Positions 10,805 to 21,528 of a stretch of DNA of 64,000 nucleotides are shown piece by piece. The notes beneath the pieces were generated by a model that did no database searches, had not been told where the DNA came from, and worked only from the letters and a program-made list of their open reading frames with translations. How positions within the stretch are numbered: the stretch's first letter is position 1; every line of letters starts with the position of its first letter. The stretch spans positions 672,001 to 736,000 of the forward strand of contig OY763927.2 in NCBI GenBank assembly GCA_963667665.2, written 5' to 3'. The DNA comes from Nitrosopumilus sp. GTDB lineage: Archaea > Thermoproteota > Nitrososphaeria > Nitrososphaerales > Nitrosopumilaceae. Position numbers and translations under genes: made by a program.

Positions 10805-11782
10805 ATGAATACTCTAGAGTTTATCAAAGAGTGTCAAGAAAAAGTATTTTCTGGAATTGGAATTTCATCAGAAGACACTGAAAAATTATTTAACATTCCA
10901 GATGAGAACTTGAAAGATTTAGCAAGTTGTGCAAATGAAATAACTAGAGATTTTAATGGAAACAAAGTAGATGTAGAACAGTTAAACAATATTAAAAAAA
11001 ATGCATGTAGTGAAGACTGCACATTTTGTGGACAATCTGCTTTTTTTGATACAGGAATTGAAACATATCAATTACCTACACCAAAAGAAACAGTTACAAA
11101 AGCTCAAAAAGCAAAAGATGAAGGTGCTGAATCATATTGTCTTGTTGCAGCATGGAGAGAACCATCACCAAAAGATTTTGAAAAAGTATGTAAAATAATT
11201 ATTGAGCTTAATAATAAAGTTGGAATAACTATAGAGTGTAGTTTAGGTTTTCTAACACAAGAACAAGCAAAAAAGCTAAAAGAACTCAAAGTAAAAAGAT
11301 ACAACCATAATTTAGAGACAGCAAAATCAAAATTTCCTGAAATTTGCACTACTCACACATATGAAGATAGGTTAAAGACATTAAAAATTGCAAGGAATGC
11401 AGGATTAGAGTTATGCACGGGTGGAATTATAGGACTTGGAGAAACAAGAGAGCAGAGACTAGAGTTAGCATTAGAATTATCTAGACTATTTCCTGAAGAA
11501 GTGACAATTAACATGTTAGTTCCAATGCCTGGAACTCCGCTTGAATTACAAACAGAGTTATCTAATTCAGAGATTATTCGAATGTTTTCTGTGATCAGAT
11601 TTCTCTTGCCAGAATCAGTCATAAAAATTTCTGGAGGAAGAGAAACAAATCTTGACGATTCTGGAGAAGAGTTACTTCAGAGTGGTGCAAATGGAATTAT
11701 CACTGCAGGATACTTGACGATGGATGGAAATGAGGCTAAAAAAGACCTCAAAATGATAGAGAAAATTGGTCTCAAAGCATAA
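10805..11782 (+). CDS. bioB: Biotin synthase (radical SAM)
   Basis: CSEDCTFCGQS CxxxCxxC motif, YNHNLET, CTGGIIGLGE. Confidence 0.95.
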   Translation: MNTLEFIKECQEKVFSGIGISSEDTEKLFNIPDENLKDLASCANEITRDFNGNKVDVEQLNNIKKNACSEDCTFCGQSAFFDTGIETYQLPTPKETVTKAQKAKDEGAESYCLVAAWREPSPKDFEKVCKIIIELNNKVGITIECSLGFLTQEQAKKLKELKVKRYNHNLETAKSKFPEICTTHTYEDRLKTLKIARNAGLELCTGGIIGLGETREQRLELALELSRLFPEEVTINMLVPMPGTPLELQTELSNSEIIRMFSVIRFLLPESVIKISGGRETNLDDSGEELLQSGANGIITAGYLTMDGNEAKKDLKMIEKIGLKA

Positions 11783-12896
11783 ACTAGACTTTATTGATTC
11801 AGAACTAGGTAAAATTAAGAAAAACAACCTCTATAGAAAATTACAATACGGCAAGGTAGAAGAATCACACATTACAATTAATGGAAAAAAACTTCTCAAC
11901 TTGTGTTCAAATGATTATCTTGGAATTCATACAACAAAGATACATTTCAAACAACTTCAATCAAGTTCCAGACTTGTTTCTGGAAATGATGAATTATACA
12001 AAAAATTAGAAGACATATTAGCAAAACATAAATCAAAACAAAACAGTTTAGTTTATCCTACAGGGTACATGGCAAATCTTGGAGTAATTTCTTCAATTGC
12101 AAAAAAAGGTGATTTAATTCTCAGTGATGAACTAAACCATGCAAGTATAATAGAATCATGTAAGTTGTCAGATGCAAAAGTATTGATTTACAGACATAAT
12201 GATATGCAAGATTTACAAAAGAAATTAAAACAAAAAGGAAAAAATAAGATTATAATTACTGAAGGAATATTTAGCATGGATGGAGATTTTTCATCTCTAA
12301 AACAAATAACTGAAATCTCAGAAAAAGCAAAAGCAATTACTGTCATAGATGATGCACATGGAGATTTTGTTGTTGGAAAAGATGGAAAAGGTACACCAAA
12401 TTATTTTAATGTTACAAAGAAAATTGATTTGTATATTAGCAGTTTAAGTAAAGGATTAGGATCATTTGGAGGATATGTGGCATCACAAAATAATGTGATT
12501 GATTTATGTATCAACAAATCAAAATCATTTATCTACACATCAGCACTTCCTTCATTTTTAATTGATTATTCTCTAAAAAGATTTGAATCAAACAGAGAAA
12601 GACAAAGAAAAAAACTAGAAAAAAATACACACCAACTCTCAAAAGGACTAAAACAAATTGGATATGAGATAAATTCTAAAACACATATAATTCCAATAAT
12701 TATCGGAAGTGAAAAGTCAGCAATGGCCTTTGGGAAATTTTTGTTTAGTAATGGAGTATTTGCACAACCAATAAGATATCCTACTGTTCCAAAAAATCAA
12801 GCAAGATTAAGAATTTCAGTTACTGCCTGGCTCTCAAAGGTAGAAATTGAGAAAACACTTGAAATTTTTGAAAAAGCACATACAAAATTTGGGTAA
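11766..12896 (+). CDS. bioF: 8-amino-7-oxononanoate synthase
   Basis: NLCSNDYLG, SDELNHASI, DDAHG, SLSKGLG, IRYPTVP. Confidence 0.93.
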   Translation: MVSKHKLDFIDSELGKIKKNNLYRKLQYGKVEESHITINGKKLLNLCSNDYLGIHTTKIHFKQLQSSSRLVSGNDELYKKLEDILAKHKSKQNSLVYPTGYMANLGVISSIAKKGDLILSDELNHASIIESCKLSDAKVLIYRHNDMQDLQKKLKQKGKNKIIITEGIFSMDGDFSSLKQITEISEKAKAITVIDDAHGDFVVGKDGKGTPNYFNVTKKIDLYISSLSKGLGSFGGYVASQNNVIDLCINKSKSFIYTSALPSFLIDYSLKRFESNRERQRKKLEKNTHQLSKGLKQIGYEINSKTHIIPIIIGSEKSAMAFGKFLFSNGVFAQPIRYPTVPKNQARLRISVTAWLSKVEIEKTLEIFEKAHTKFG

Positions 12897-13001
12897 TTAT
12901 CGTAAAGTATCAAATCCACCTAATGCAGGTGAGCCAATAATTACTGCAAATGTGACTATAATTCCTAAAAGTGCACCTACAATAACGAAACGCTTGTTCA
13001 T
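12897..13001 (-). CDS. Small membrane peptide (34 aa)
   Basis: MNKRFVIVGALLGIIVTFAVIIGSPALGGFDTLR fills the gap between bioF and the ccdA-like gene. Confidence 0.45.
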   Translation of the reverse strand: MNKRFVIVGALLGIIVTFAVIIGSPALGGFDTLR

Positions 13002-13098
13002 GATAAAAATTCCATCAAGCCCAGTTAAAAACGGATTGTATTGAGATTTGGAGTAGATGTGGAAGAATGCTTTAAAGGAAAAATTGTAAATTTATCGC

Positions 13099-13830
13099 AT
13101 GGCAGATCCTACAATATTTGTAGCATTACTTGCAGGTCTTGGTTCGTTTATTGCTCCATGTATTCTACCAATGATTCCAGCTTTTCTTGCATACATATCA
13201 GGAACTACTGTAACAGAACTAGGTTCTAAAAGTGGATCTGTCCTAACTATTAATCGATTAAACATTGTACTAAATACTGTATTTTTTGTATTGGGTTTTT
13301 CAGTAGTGTTTTCTATTTTAGGGGTTTTGATTAACAGTGTTTTTTCTAGTGCGATTGGTGAATTTACAGAGAGCCTTAATTTCGTAGGTGGAACAATCAT
13401 TATTGCATTTGGAATCTTTATGTTATTATCTACAAAAATTCGTTCATTAAATATAGAGAAAAAATTTTTACCAAAAAATTCAAAATCAAGTTATCCAATG
13501 TCTTTTGTATTTGGTTTGGCATTTGCTGTAGGATGGACTCCATGTGTTGGTCCAATACTTGGAACAATACTTACGTTGGCAGCTACCACACCATCTATTT
13601 CATTTAGCTTGTTACTTGCATATTCATTAGGTTTAGGAATCCCATTCATCTTAATGGGTGTCTTTTTTTCAAGAGCTACAAGATTCATTCGTTCAATGAC
13701 TAAACATCTAAAATATTATAATGTGATCTTGGGTGGATTTATTATTCTTTTAGGAATTTTGGTATTCACAAATCAATTAGCATATATTGCAAATTTTCCA
13801 CTTCTAAATGAACTAATTTTCTTAGGATGA
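13099..13830 (+). CDS. ccdA: CcdA/DsbD-family disulfide transporter
   Basis: SFIAPCILP and GWTPCVGPIL motifs, multiple TM helices. Confidence 0.9.
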   Translation: MADPTIFVALLAGLGSFIAPCILPMIPAFLAYISGTTVTELGSKSGSVLTINRLNIVLNTVFFVLGFSVVFSILGVLINSVFSSAIGEFTESLNFVGGTIIIAFGIFMLLSTKIRSLNIEKKFLPKNSKSSYPMSFVFGLAFAVGWTPCVGPILGTILTLAATTPSISFSLLLAYSLGLGIPFILMGVFFSRATRFIRSMTKHLKYYNVILGGFIILLGILVFTNQLAYIANFPLLNELIFLG

Positions 13831-13834
13831 TCAA

Positions 13835-14944
13835 ATGAAATCAGAAATTAAATCAGCATTAATCTTAGGAATTGTCATTGCTACAGGATTAGGAATAACA
13901 AGTATGATTTTTTCATCATTTGATGAGGAATTTGAGTCAGCAAATATTACTTTAGAAGAAAATTCAATGACTAAAATTGATAAATCAGGATTCAAAAAAG
14001 CCCCAGATTTAGTTGGGATTGCACATTATCTTAATACTACACCTGAAAAATTAAGTGAAGAGATTAAGGACAAAGTGATACTATATGATATTTGGACATA
14101 CAGTTGCATTAATTGTATCAGAACATTACCATACATCACAGCATGGAATGACAAATATGCAGATCAAGGATTATTAATTATTGGTATTCATTCACCAGAA
14201 TTTGAATTTGAAAAAGATCCGGTTAATGTTGAGATGGCAATAGAAAAATTTGGTATTAGTTATCCTGTTCTTTTAGATAACGACATGGAAACATGGAAAG
14301 CATTTGAAAATAGATACTGGCCAAGAAAATACATTGCAGACCATGAAGGGTATATCCGATATGATCATATTGGAGAAGGGGGATATCAAGAAACTGAAAA
14401 AGTTATTCAGCAACTTTTAGATGAAAGAAGCGCATCACTTGGAATTCAAATGGCATCAGCTGCATCACTTGTAGACATTGATGAATTTGAACATTCAATG
14501 TTTAAAAGTCCAGAATTATACTTTGGTTACAAGTTTGCACAAAATAGAAATCAACTTGGAAGTGAAGAGGGATTCAAACCAGAACAAACAGTCACATATT
14601 TAGAATCAGACAAAACAGACTTGCATAAATTCTATCTAACAGGAGAATGGACTAATTATGAAGATAGTATGGAATTAGTTTCAGATACTGGAACCATCAA
14701 ATTACGATACAATGCAAAACAAGTAAACATTGTAACTGACAATACTGCAGAATTAAAGATATTTCTTGATGGCAATCCAATTCCTGCAAAGTATTCAGGA
14801 GAAGACATTACATCAGAAAATAGCCTGATAGTCTCAGAGGCAGGTCTATACAACATCATAAGCAGTGAAAATAGTGAATCACACATAATAGAAATACAAA
14901 TTGAGGGTAAAGAATTTCAGATATTCACATTTACCTTTGGATAG
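13835..14944 (+). CDS. DipZ-like thioredoxin/redoxin domain protein
   Basis: WTYSCINCIRT, GIHSPEF, NRYWP, SPELYFG; follows ccdA. Confidence 0.85.
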   Translation: MKSEIKSALILGIVIATGLGITSMIFSSFDEEFESANITLEENSMTKIDKSGFKKAPDLVGIAHYLNTTPEKLSEEIKDKVILYDIWTYSCINCIRTLPYITAWNDKYADQGLLIIGIHSPEFEFEKDPVNVEMAIEKFGISYPVLLDNDMETWKAFENRYWPRKYIADHEGYIRYDHIGEGGYQETEKVIQQLLDERSASLGIQMASAASLVDIDEFEHSMFKSPELYFGYKFAQNRNQLGSEEGFKPEQTVTYLESDKTDLHKFYLTGEWTNYEDSMELVSDTGTIKLRYNAKQVNIVTDNTAELKIFLDGNPIPAKYSGEDITSENSLIVSEAGLYNIISSENSESHIIEIQIEGKEFQIFTFTFG

Positions 14945-15038
14945 TGTAACCATTCACTATTGTCACTCCAGTGACACTATGTGTGGTGACAAATCTGTTT
15001 AAAACAAAAATTTTGAGAAAGACTAGGTAAACTAAAGC

Positions 15039-15689
15039 ATGTTAAGCAACTCTTGGGATAAAGTAACTGGAGAAAGTATATCACAAAAAGTAATCAATAA
15101 AGTAAAGCCAGAAGAGCCTATTAAAAACAAAATTGATTTGGCACAAAAAAAATTACAGTTTCAAATTACAAAATTAGAAGGAATTAACGAAAAATTACAG
15201 AAAAAACATGACATGATCTTTGAGAAGTTAGTAAATGCTACAAGAAATAACAAAACAGGTTACGCTCATGCATATGCAAGGGAATTAACTCAAGTAAGAA
15301 AAATGAAGAACATGGTAAGTGGAGCAAAATTATCCATGGAGCAAATCAAACTTAGACTAGATACAGTATCAGAATTAGGAGATGTAGTAGTAACACTCAG
15401 CCCATGTATGTCAATTATTAGAGGACTAGCACCATCACTAAAAGGAATAATGCCAGAAGCCAACGCATCTATGCAAGATTTATCACAAATTCTTGGCGAT
15501 GTAATGTCAGATTCTTCATTGTCAATGGGTGATGGTATGAATATCAGTGCCGAACCAAATGAAGACTCATTAGCAATACTTGAAGAGGCACATAGTATAA
15601 TTGCAGGTCAGGCAAAATCAACAATTCCAGAAATTCCAGATAGTCTCAAACAACAAATAGTTGAGAAAAGATCAGGCATTTTATTATAG
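15039..15689 (+). CDS. ESCRT-III/Snf7-family cell division protein (CdvB paralog)
   Basis: Helical coiled-coil with LEQI.LRL.TV.ELGDVVVTLSP-type motif of thaumarchaeal CdvB proteins. Confidence 0.8.
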   Translation: MLSNSWDKVTGESISQKVINKVKPEEPIKNKIDLAQKKLQFQITKLEGINEKLQKKHDMIFEKLVNATRNNKTGYAHAYARELTQVRKMKNMVSGAKLSMEQIKLRLDTVSELGDVVVTLSPCMSIIRGLAPSLKGIMPEANASMQDLSQILGDVMSDSSLSMGDGMNISAEPNEDSLAILEEAHSIIAGQAKSTIPEIPDSLKQQIVEKRSGILL

Positions 15690-15751
15690 AATTTTATTTT
15701 TACAAAGAAGTCATTAGTAATACTAAATAACAATCATAATTTCAAGGACAC

Positions 15752-16110
15752 ATGCCAGCCAATGGTCCTGTAAGCTTAACAAGACAAACAATTTACTGTT
15801 TTATTCCAATTATGAATTGGTATGCAGCATATCATATCAAAAAATTCAGAAAATATTTGCTTATTGCGATTATTGTAGAACTATCATTAGGTGGAATTCA
15901 CATGGCTTTGATTCCTGAATATGACTCAGATAGAATGTTCATAGGAGGCGAACAAACTGCAGAAAATTTAGATATTGATTGGGAGAAATGATGTTACGTA
16001 CAGACCATCAACTTGGTTTGTCATTATTTTTGATGATAGTGATAGTAGAATTTTCAGTAACAGTATACTTTATTCGTAGATAGTCTAATCAATGAAATCT
16101 ACAATTTACT
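15752..16110 (+). pseudogene. Membrane protein, disrupted
   Basis: ORF ends at 15991; a shifted frame continues with a TM helix and reads IRR*SNQ*NLQF (TAG 16081, TGA 16093). Confidence 0.55.
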
Positions 16111-16447
16111 TAGATTTCTTTTTACTTTTTTGAACAAGAATTTTCTTTATTCTAGAAATTGTAGGATAACTATATCCACGGCGACGATAATTCGCTATCA
16201 TCATTTTCCAATTCTTTAATCTCCATTGTGCTTGTTCAGTAGTTACAGAATGGACCTCTTTTTGAATAATGCTTTTCCTTCCCACTTTTAGAGTTCCAGC
16301 ATCTTTTGCAGACCACCTATTCTTTGCAAATTTTAGTCCTGAAAGTATCTCTTTTACCGGCATTTCTTTGAAATATTCTTTGAGTTTTTTTAGCTCTATA
16401 TCTGTAGGTTTTTTGGAAATTGTTAATTCTACTATTGGTTTTACCAT
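16106..16447 (-). CDS. Conserved basic hypothetical protein
   Basis: 113-aa ATG ORF. Confidence 0.65.
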   Translation of the reverse strand: MVKPIVELTISKKPTDIELKKLKEYFKEMPVKEILSGLKFAKNRWSAKDAGTLKVGRKSIIQKEVHSVTTEQAQWRLKNWKMMIANYRRRGYSYPTISRIKKILVQKSKKKSK

Positions 16448-16693
16448 GAAAATTTTAATTGCTTATACTTTAAGAGAATCTTGCTAAATTAGAATTAACT
16501 AAATCAGGAAATAATCCAAGATAATTTAATGATTCTAACATGACAAAGGAATGTTAACATTCTTACATAATGTATTATACATTCCAAATCCAAGAATAAT
16601 TGTTGCAAAAGCTGCTAATGGGATCAAAATGAAAATTTTAGTTTTAAGACCCATAATCAAAATTGGATGTATGCCTATAAAATCGTCACAGTA

Positions 16694-17110
16694 CTAATCA
16701 ACTGTGATTGTAAAGGTTCCTTTTGTTTTAGGATCCTGTAATAATGAGACCATTTCTCGGGGTAACAAATTAGATGCCTTGTCACAGTTAACTGCCAACG
16801 TTCTTGGGCATATGAAATCACTTTTTCTAATCACAATGTCTTCAGAATGAGTAAGGATCAAATTAGGATGGCCTTTGCCCTTCAAAACAAATTCATGTTC
16901 ACCTACATTAATTGAAAAAGTTATCTTGGAATTAGAATTTTTGAGTTTATTTTTTAATTCTTGAGGCAAATCAGCGCAACTTGAAGTTGCATTAACACCA
17001 ACTATACAATCACCTTGAGGTGTCAAATTAGATTCTTTTGTAATCTCTATGGTTTTTTGATGATTAGAACGAATATTTTCATGTCCTGAAAACTCTATCT
17101 CAAATTTCAT
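16694..17110 (-). CDS. DUF371 domain protein
   Basis: GHENIRSNHQKTIEITKE..LTPQGDCIVGV, IVIRKSDF. Confidence 0.85.
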   Translation of the reverse strand: MKFEIEFSGHENIRSNHQKTIEITKESNLTPQGDCIVGVNATSSCADLPQELKNKLKNSNSKITFSINVGEHEFVLKGKGHPNLILTHSEDIVIRKSDFICPRTLAVNCDKASNLLPREMVSLLQDPKTKGTFTITVD

Positions 17111-17226
17111 AAATCCAACAGGAATTCAGTTGCAAATTAAGCTTGTTTCCTAGCCTCCGATCATGGTGCTGATTTTTTTCAATTTTGGGCATAGTTTAAA
17201 TTGAATATTCAAAGCATTGCAATCAA

Positions 17227-17964
17227 ATGCTTCCTGCACAACAAGGTTACGATAGAGCAATTACAGTATTCTCACCAGACGGTAGACTATACCAAGTAGA
17301 ATATGCTATTGAGACCGTTAGAAGAGGTACAATCGCAGTTGGTGTAAAATGCAAAGATGGAATAGTAATTGCAGTTGAAGAAAAACCAAGAAAATTACAA
17401 ATTTCTGAAACAGCACAAAAGATTTTTCAAATTGATGATCATGTTGGAGTTGCAGCAGCAGGATACATTCCAGATGCAAGAAGTCAAGTAGACAACGCAA
17501 GATTCTTTTCTCAAAGTAACAAAATGATTTATGATGAACCAGTTGAGGTTGAAGCAATTGCAAAACATTTAGCTGATCAATGTCAACAATATACACAATA
17601 TGCAGGTGTAAGACCATATGGTGTTGCACTTATTCTAGGTGGTGTGGTAAACAATGCACCACAGTTGTATCTAACTGACCCTAGTGGAACATACATTTCT
17701 TATGATGCAATTGCAATTGGAGCAAATTCTGATCAAGTAACTGACTTTTTAGAAAAAACTTACAAAAATGATCTTTCATTAGAAGATGCTTCAACATTAG
17801 CAACAGCAGGAATTTATCTATCAAGTGAAGACAAAGATGGAACAGCACACATTAGAATGGCACAAATCAAAACTGAAACTGGGGAGTATGAAATAGTTTC
17901 TAAAGAGCAGATAACAAATTATGCAAAAGCTGCTAAAGAAAAATACCCACACGAACAAAAATAA
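17227..17964 (+). CDS. psmA: Proteasome alpha subunit
   Basis: GYDRAITVFSPDGRLYQVEYA signature. Confidence 0.97.
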   Translation: MLPAQQGYDRAITVFSPDGRLYQVEYAIETVRRGTIAVGVKCKDGIVIAVEEKPRKLQISETAQKIFQIDDHVGVAAAGYIPDARSQVDNARFFSQSNKMIYDEPVEVEAIAKHLADQCQQYTQYAGVRPYGVALILGGVVNNAPQLYLTDPSGTYISYDAIAIGANSDQVTDFLEKTYKNDLSLEDASTLATAGIYLSSEDKDGTAHIRMAQIKTETGEYEIVSKEQITNYAKAAKEKYPHEQK

Positions 17965-17996
17965 TTACTTTTAACTGCTTGTGAGATAAAATTACA

Positions 17997-18809
17997 TTGA
18001 AATTATCAGTAGCCATCCCTGAATCATCATTATCAGATGACTCGCTCAAGATAGATAAAACAAGAAAAATATCAGTTTTAGCAAGGGCTTGCTCTATTTT
18101 CAAAATAGATACAATCTATGTTTACCAAGATGGAGATAACAAACAGGATGGAAGTTTACTTGTAATGATTTTAAAATATTTAGAAACACCACAGTTTTTG
18201 AGAAGAAGACTGTTTCCTAAAATGAATGACTTGAAATTTGCAGGAGTTCTACAACCACTAAAAATTCCCAGCCACATCACACCAGCGAATTCAAAAAATA
18301 TCAAAAGAGGAGATGTAAGAGAAGGAATCGTAGTTAGTATAAAGGGAAAAAGATTTGTGGATGTAGGAATAAATCAACTAGTACAATTTTTTGGTAAGAC
18401 TTCAATTGGAAAAAGAGTTACTGTTCAGTTCAAAGAAGGTCATCCTAGATTTTCAGTAAAAGAAATTGATAAAAGTGAAGTCAAGGATTATTGGGGATAT
18501 TCAGTTAAAGAGAGAGCAAACTTGTTTTCATTATTAACTGAATGGAAAGGAAACATCATCATCACATCTAGAAAAGGAAAAACTGCAACAAAAGAACAGA
18601 TTTCTAAATATACAAAATCAGATCAGCCAGTATTGATAGTATTTGGTTCCCCTGAAAAAGGAGTTCATGAGATTTTAAGAGGTAAAATGAAAAATGTACA
18701 AAACGCAAAGATCCTAAACTTTTTTCCAGATCAAGCTACTCAAACTGTACGTCTAGAAGAAGCACTGTTAGGAACATTAGCAATAATTAATGCTCAAAGA
18801 GTATCATAG
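17997..18809 (+). CDS. SPOUT-family RNA methyltransferase (DUF171 type)
   Basis: LKYLETPQFLRRRLFP, VFGSPEKG, Q.TQTVRLEEA; usual position upstream of rpl3. Confidence 0.85.
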   Translation: MKLSVAIPESSLSDDSLKIDKTRKISVLARACSIFKIDTIYVYQDGDNKQDGSLLVMILKYLETPQFLRRRLFPKMNDLKFAGVLQPLKIPSHITPANSKNIKRGDVREGIVVSIKGKRFVDVGINQLVQFFGKTSIGKRVTVQFKEGHPRFSVKEIDKSEVKDYWGYSVKERANLFSLLTEWKGNIIITSRKGKTATKEQISKYTKSDQPVLIVFGSPEKGVHEILRGKMKNVQNAKILNFFPDQATQTVRLEEALLGTLAIINAQRVS

Positions 18810-19009
18810 TATGCCAGAAAAAAAGAACTTCTTACGGTTGGCAATTGGAATGGGATCTATAGGAATTATAATTGGTGTAATTACTATGTGGAATATGTTA
18901 GTAGATTTGTTAAATTTATAATAATTTTTGGCAACAATGGTTAACCATAATTTTCTATATGGTTAACGATATCTCATATGGTTTAATAGAGGGCAATCGA
19001 TGATGCGAC

Positions 19010-20008
19010 TTGACTATGGGAGCTCGAAAACGACATTCACCACGTAGAGGAAGTCTTGCATACTCACCTAGAGGACGTGCCAAAAGCATGGAAGCAAGAA
19101 TCAGAGCATGGCCAAAATTAAAAACTAACGAACCAAAGATTTTAGCTCACTGTGGATTCAAAGCAGGATGTGTACAGATTGTAAGTATTGACGATCGTGA
19201 AAAGACACCAAATGCAGGAAAACAACTTGTTAGTTTAGGTACAGTATTAGTAACTCCACCAGTTTTAATTTTAGGAATTAGAGGATATTCAAAAGATCAT
19301 TATGGATTACATGCAGAATTTGACGTATATGCAGAAGATATTCCAAAACATATTGCAAAAGAAATTACATTAAAAAATAAAGAAGGTGCATTAGAAAATG
19401 CAGGAAAAAGATTAAGAAAAATTAAAGAAATCTTTGCAATCGTTGCAGTTTCTCCACGTTCAGCAGGATTAGAACAAAAGAAACCATATATTTTTGAAGC
19501 TTCAGTAAGTGGTGGAGATATAGAAAAACAATTTAATCATGTTAAAGAATTACTTGGAAAAGAAATTAAAATTGATCAAATTTTTGAAATTGGTTCAACT
19601 GTAGATGTTGCAGCAATTACTAAAGGTAAAGGATGGCAAGGAGTTATTCAAAGATGGGGAGTAAAAAAGAAACAACACAAATCAAGAAAAACAGTTAGAG
19701 AAGTAGGTTCACTTGGTCCAATATCTCCACAAAGCGTCATGTATACAGTTCCAAGAGCAGGGCAAATGGGATTCCATCAAAGAACTGAATATGATAAACG
19801 AATAATGATAATTGGAAACACAAATGATGATCAAATTAAAATAAATCCAGATGGAGGATACAAACACTTTGGATTAGTTAAAGGTGATTTTATTGTTCTA
19901 AAAGGTTCAGTTCCTGGAACATATAGAAGATTGATTAAACTAAGAAGGCAAATCAGAAATGCACCAGACAAAGTTAACAAACCAAACATTTTGGAGGTAG
20001 TAGTATAA
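19010..20008 (+). CDS. rpl3: 50S ribosomal protein L3 (uL3)
   Basis: PRRGSLAYSPR, TKGKGWQGVIQRWG, PRAGQMGFHQRT. Confidence 0.97.
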   Translation: MTMGARKRHSPRRGSLAYSPRGRAKSMEARIRAWPKLKTNEPKILAHCGFKAGCVQIVSIDDREKTPNAGKQLVSLGTVLVTPPVLILGIRGYSKDHYGLHAEFDVYAEDIPKHIAKEITLKNKEGALENAGKRLRKIKEIFAIVAVSPRSAGLEQKKPYIFEASVSGGDIEKQFNHVKELLGKEIKIDQIFEIGSTVDVAAITKGKGWQGVIQRWGVKKKQHKSRKTVREVGSLGPISPQSVMYTVPRAGQMGFHQRTEYDKRIMIIGNTNDDQIKINPDGGYKHFGLVKGDFIVLKGSVPGTYRRLIKLRRQIRNAPDKVNKPNILEVVV

Positions 20009-20820
20009 TGAAGACTACAGCATACACAACTACTGGAACAAAAGATGGAGAAGTAGAACTTCCAATAATATTTTCAACTCCATTTAGAAGAGAATTGATT
20101 CACAAAGCTTTCACTAATTTAACATCACACAAATTCCAACCACAAGGAAGACATCCAACTGCAGGGCAAGACGTAGTAGCAGACTCAAATAATCCTCCAA
20201 CAGGTCAAGGCGTATCTCGTGTAGCCAGAGCAACTGGAGGAGGAGGAGGAAGATCAGGTCAAGGTGCAGAAGTTGCATCAACTAGAGGAGGAAGACAAGC
20301 ACACCCACCTATTGTTGGTAAGGTAATATACAAGAAATTAAACAAAAAAGAAAATAAACTCGCATTGTGTTCTGCAATTGCTGCAACTGCATCAAAAGAT
20401 ATTGTTGAATCAAGAGGTCACAAAGTTGATGGTATAGAATCATTCCCAATTATAGTATCTGATGATATTGAATCAATTTCTAAAACAAGTGAAATGGTCA
20501 AAGTGCTAGATTCACTTAACTTATCACAAGACATTAGAAGATTAGATTCAAGAAAAATACGTTCTGGACAATCAAGACTTAGAGGAAGAAGTAAGAAAGT
20601 TGGAAAGAGTGTTTTGTTTGTAACAATAGATTCTTCAAATTTGAGCAAAGCAATAGGTATAATTCCTGGTGTAGATGTAAAAAATGCAAAAGATTTGAGT
20701 GTATTAGATTTGGCCCCAGGTTCAGATCCAATCAGATTGACAGTATATTCAAAATCAGCAATTAAAGAAATCGGGAAAATTAAATCAACACATCTGGAGA
20801 TATTGGTGAAAACACAATGA
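20008..20820 (+). CDS. rpl4: 50S ribosomal protein L4 (uL4)
   Basis: GVSRVAR, RGGRQAHPP, LAPG; operon order. Confidence 0.96.
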   Translation: MKTTAYTTTGTKDGEVELPIIFSTPFRRELIHKAFTNLTSHKFQPQGRHPTAGQDVVADSNNPPTGQGVSRVARATGGGGGRSGQGAEVASTRGGRQAHPPIVGKVIYKKLNKKENKLALCSAIAATASKDIVESRGHKVDGIESFPIIVSDDIESISKTSEMVKVLDSLNLSQDIRRLDSRKIRSGQSRLRGRSKKVGKSVLFVTIDSSNLSKAIGIIPGVDVKNAKDLSVLDLAPGSDPIRLTVYSKSAIKEIGKIKSTHLEILVKTQ

Positions 20821-21083
20821 ATGTAGATCAAGCTAATAGAATTATTGTAAAGCCATACATTACAGAAAAAACATTTGCAATGGTAGAAAACGAAAGTATA
20901 GTTTGTTTCATTGTAGAAATTTCAGCAAGTAAACCACAGATTGCAGAGGCTGTAAAAATACTTTACAATGAAAATGTTACTAACGTTAACACAGCAAGAA
21001 CGATTTATGGTAAAAAGGCATTTGTTCAGTTTGAGAGCACAGCAAAAGCTAGGGATTTGGCAACAAAGATAGGAATGCTATAA
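20817..21083 (+). CDS. rpl23: 50S ribosomal protein L23 (uL23)
   Basis: PYITEK, KKAFV; operon order. Confidence 0.95.
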   Translation: MNVDQANRIIVKPYITEKTFAMVENESIVCFIVEISASKPQIAEAVKILYNENVTNVNTARTIYGKKAFVQFESTAKARDLATKIGML

Positions 21084-21127
21084 TATGGACCATGAAACCC
21101 GAATTACATTAACAGAGGAGAAGAAGA

Positions 21128-21523
21128 ATGGTTAAAGAATTTTTATACAGAGGAATTCCAAAAGAGGAGTTAGAGAATACTTCTTTGGAGAAATTATTTT
21201 TATTATTCAACTCTAGACAGAGAAGATCTCTTACCAGAGGCATTAATGATGGAAAAAGAAAATTAATTGCAGAGATCAAGGATGCAAAAGCAGGAAAATT
21301 AAAGAATCCAATCAAAACTCACCTAAGAGATTTGATCATTTTGCCACACATGGTAGATGTTACAGTAAATGTTTTTTCAGGAAAAGAGTTCAAACCAGTC
21401 ATAATTAGAACAGAAATGATTGGTCATTACTTGGGAGAATATGTCATAACAAACAAAAAAGTCTCACATGGTGCACCAGGAGTAGGAGCATCAAGATCCA
21501 GTCTGTATGTGCCATTAAAGTGA
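21128..21523 (+). CDS. rps19: 30S ribosomal protein S19 (uS19)
   Basis: KTHLRDLIILP, MIGHYLGE, HGAPGVGA. Confidence 0.96.
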   Translation: MVKEFLYRGIPKEELENTSLEKLFLLFNSRQRRSLTRGINDGKRKLIAEIKDAKAGKLKNPIKTHLRDLIILPHMVDVTVNVFSGKEFKPVIIRTEMIGHYLGEYVITNKKVSHGAPGVGASRSSLYVPLK

Positions 21524-21528
21524 TTATT

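Noticed and set aside
21083-21128. rpl2 absent between rpl23 and rps19, and the operon stops after rpl6
   Set aside because: To my knowledge this split arrangement is normal for Nitrosopumilus-like genomes, with those genes located elsewhere.
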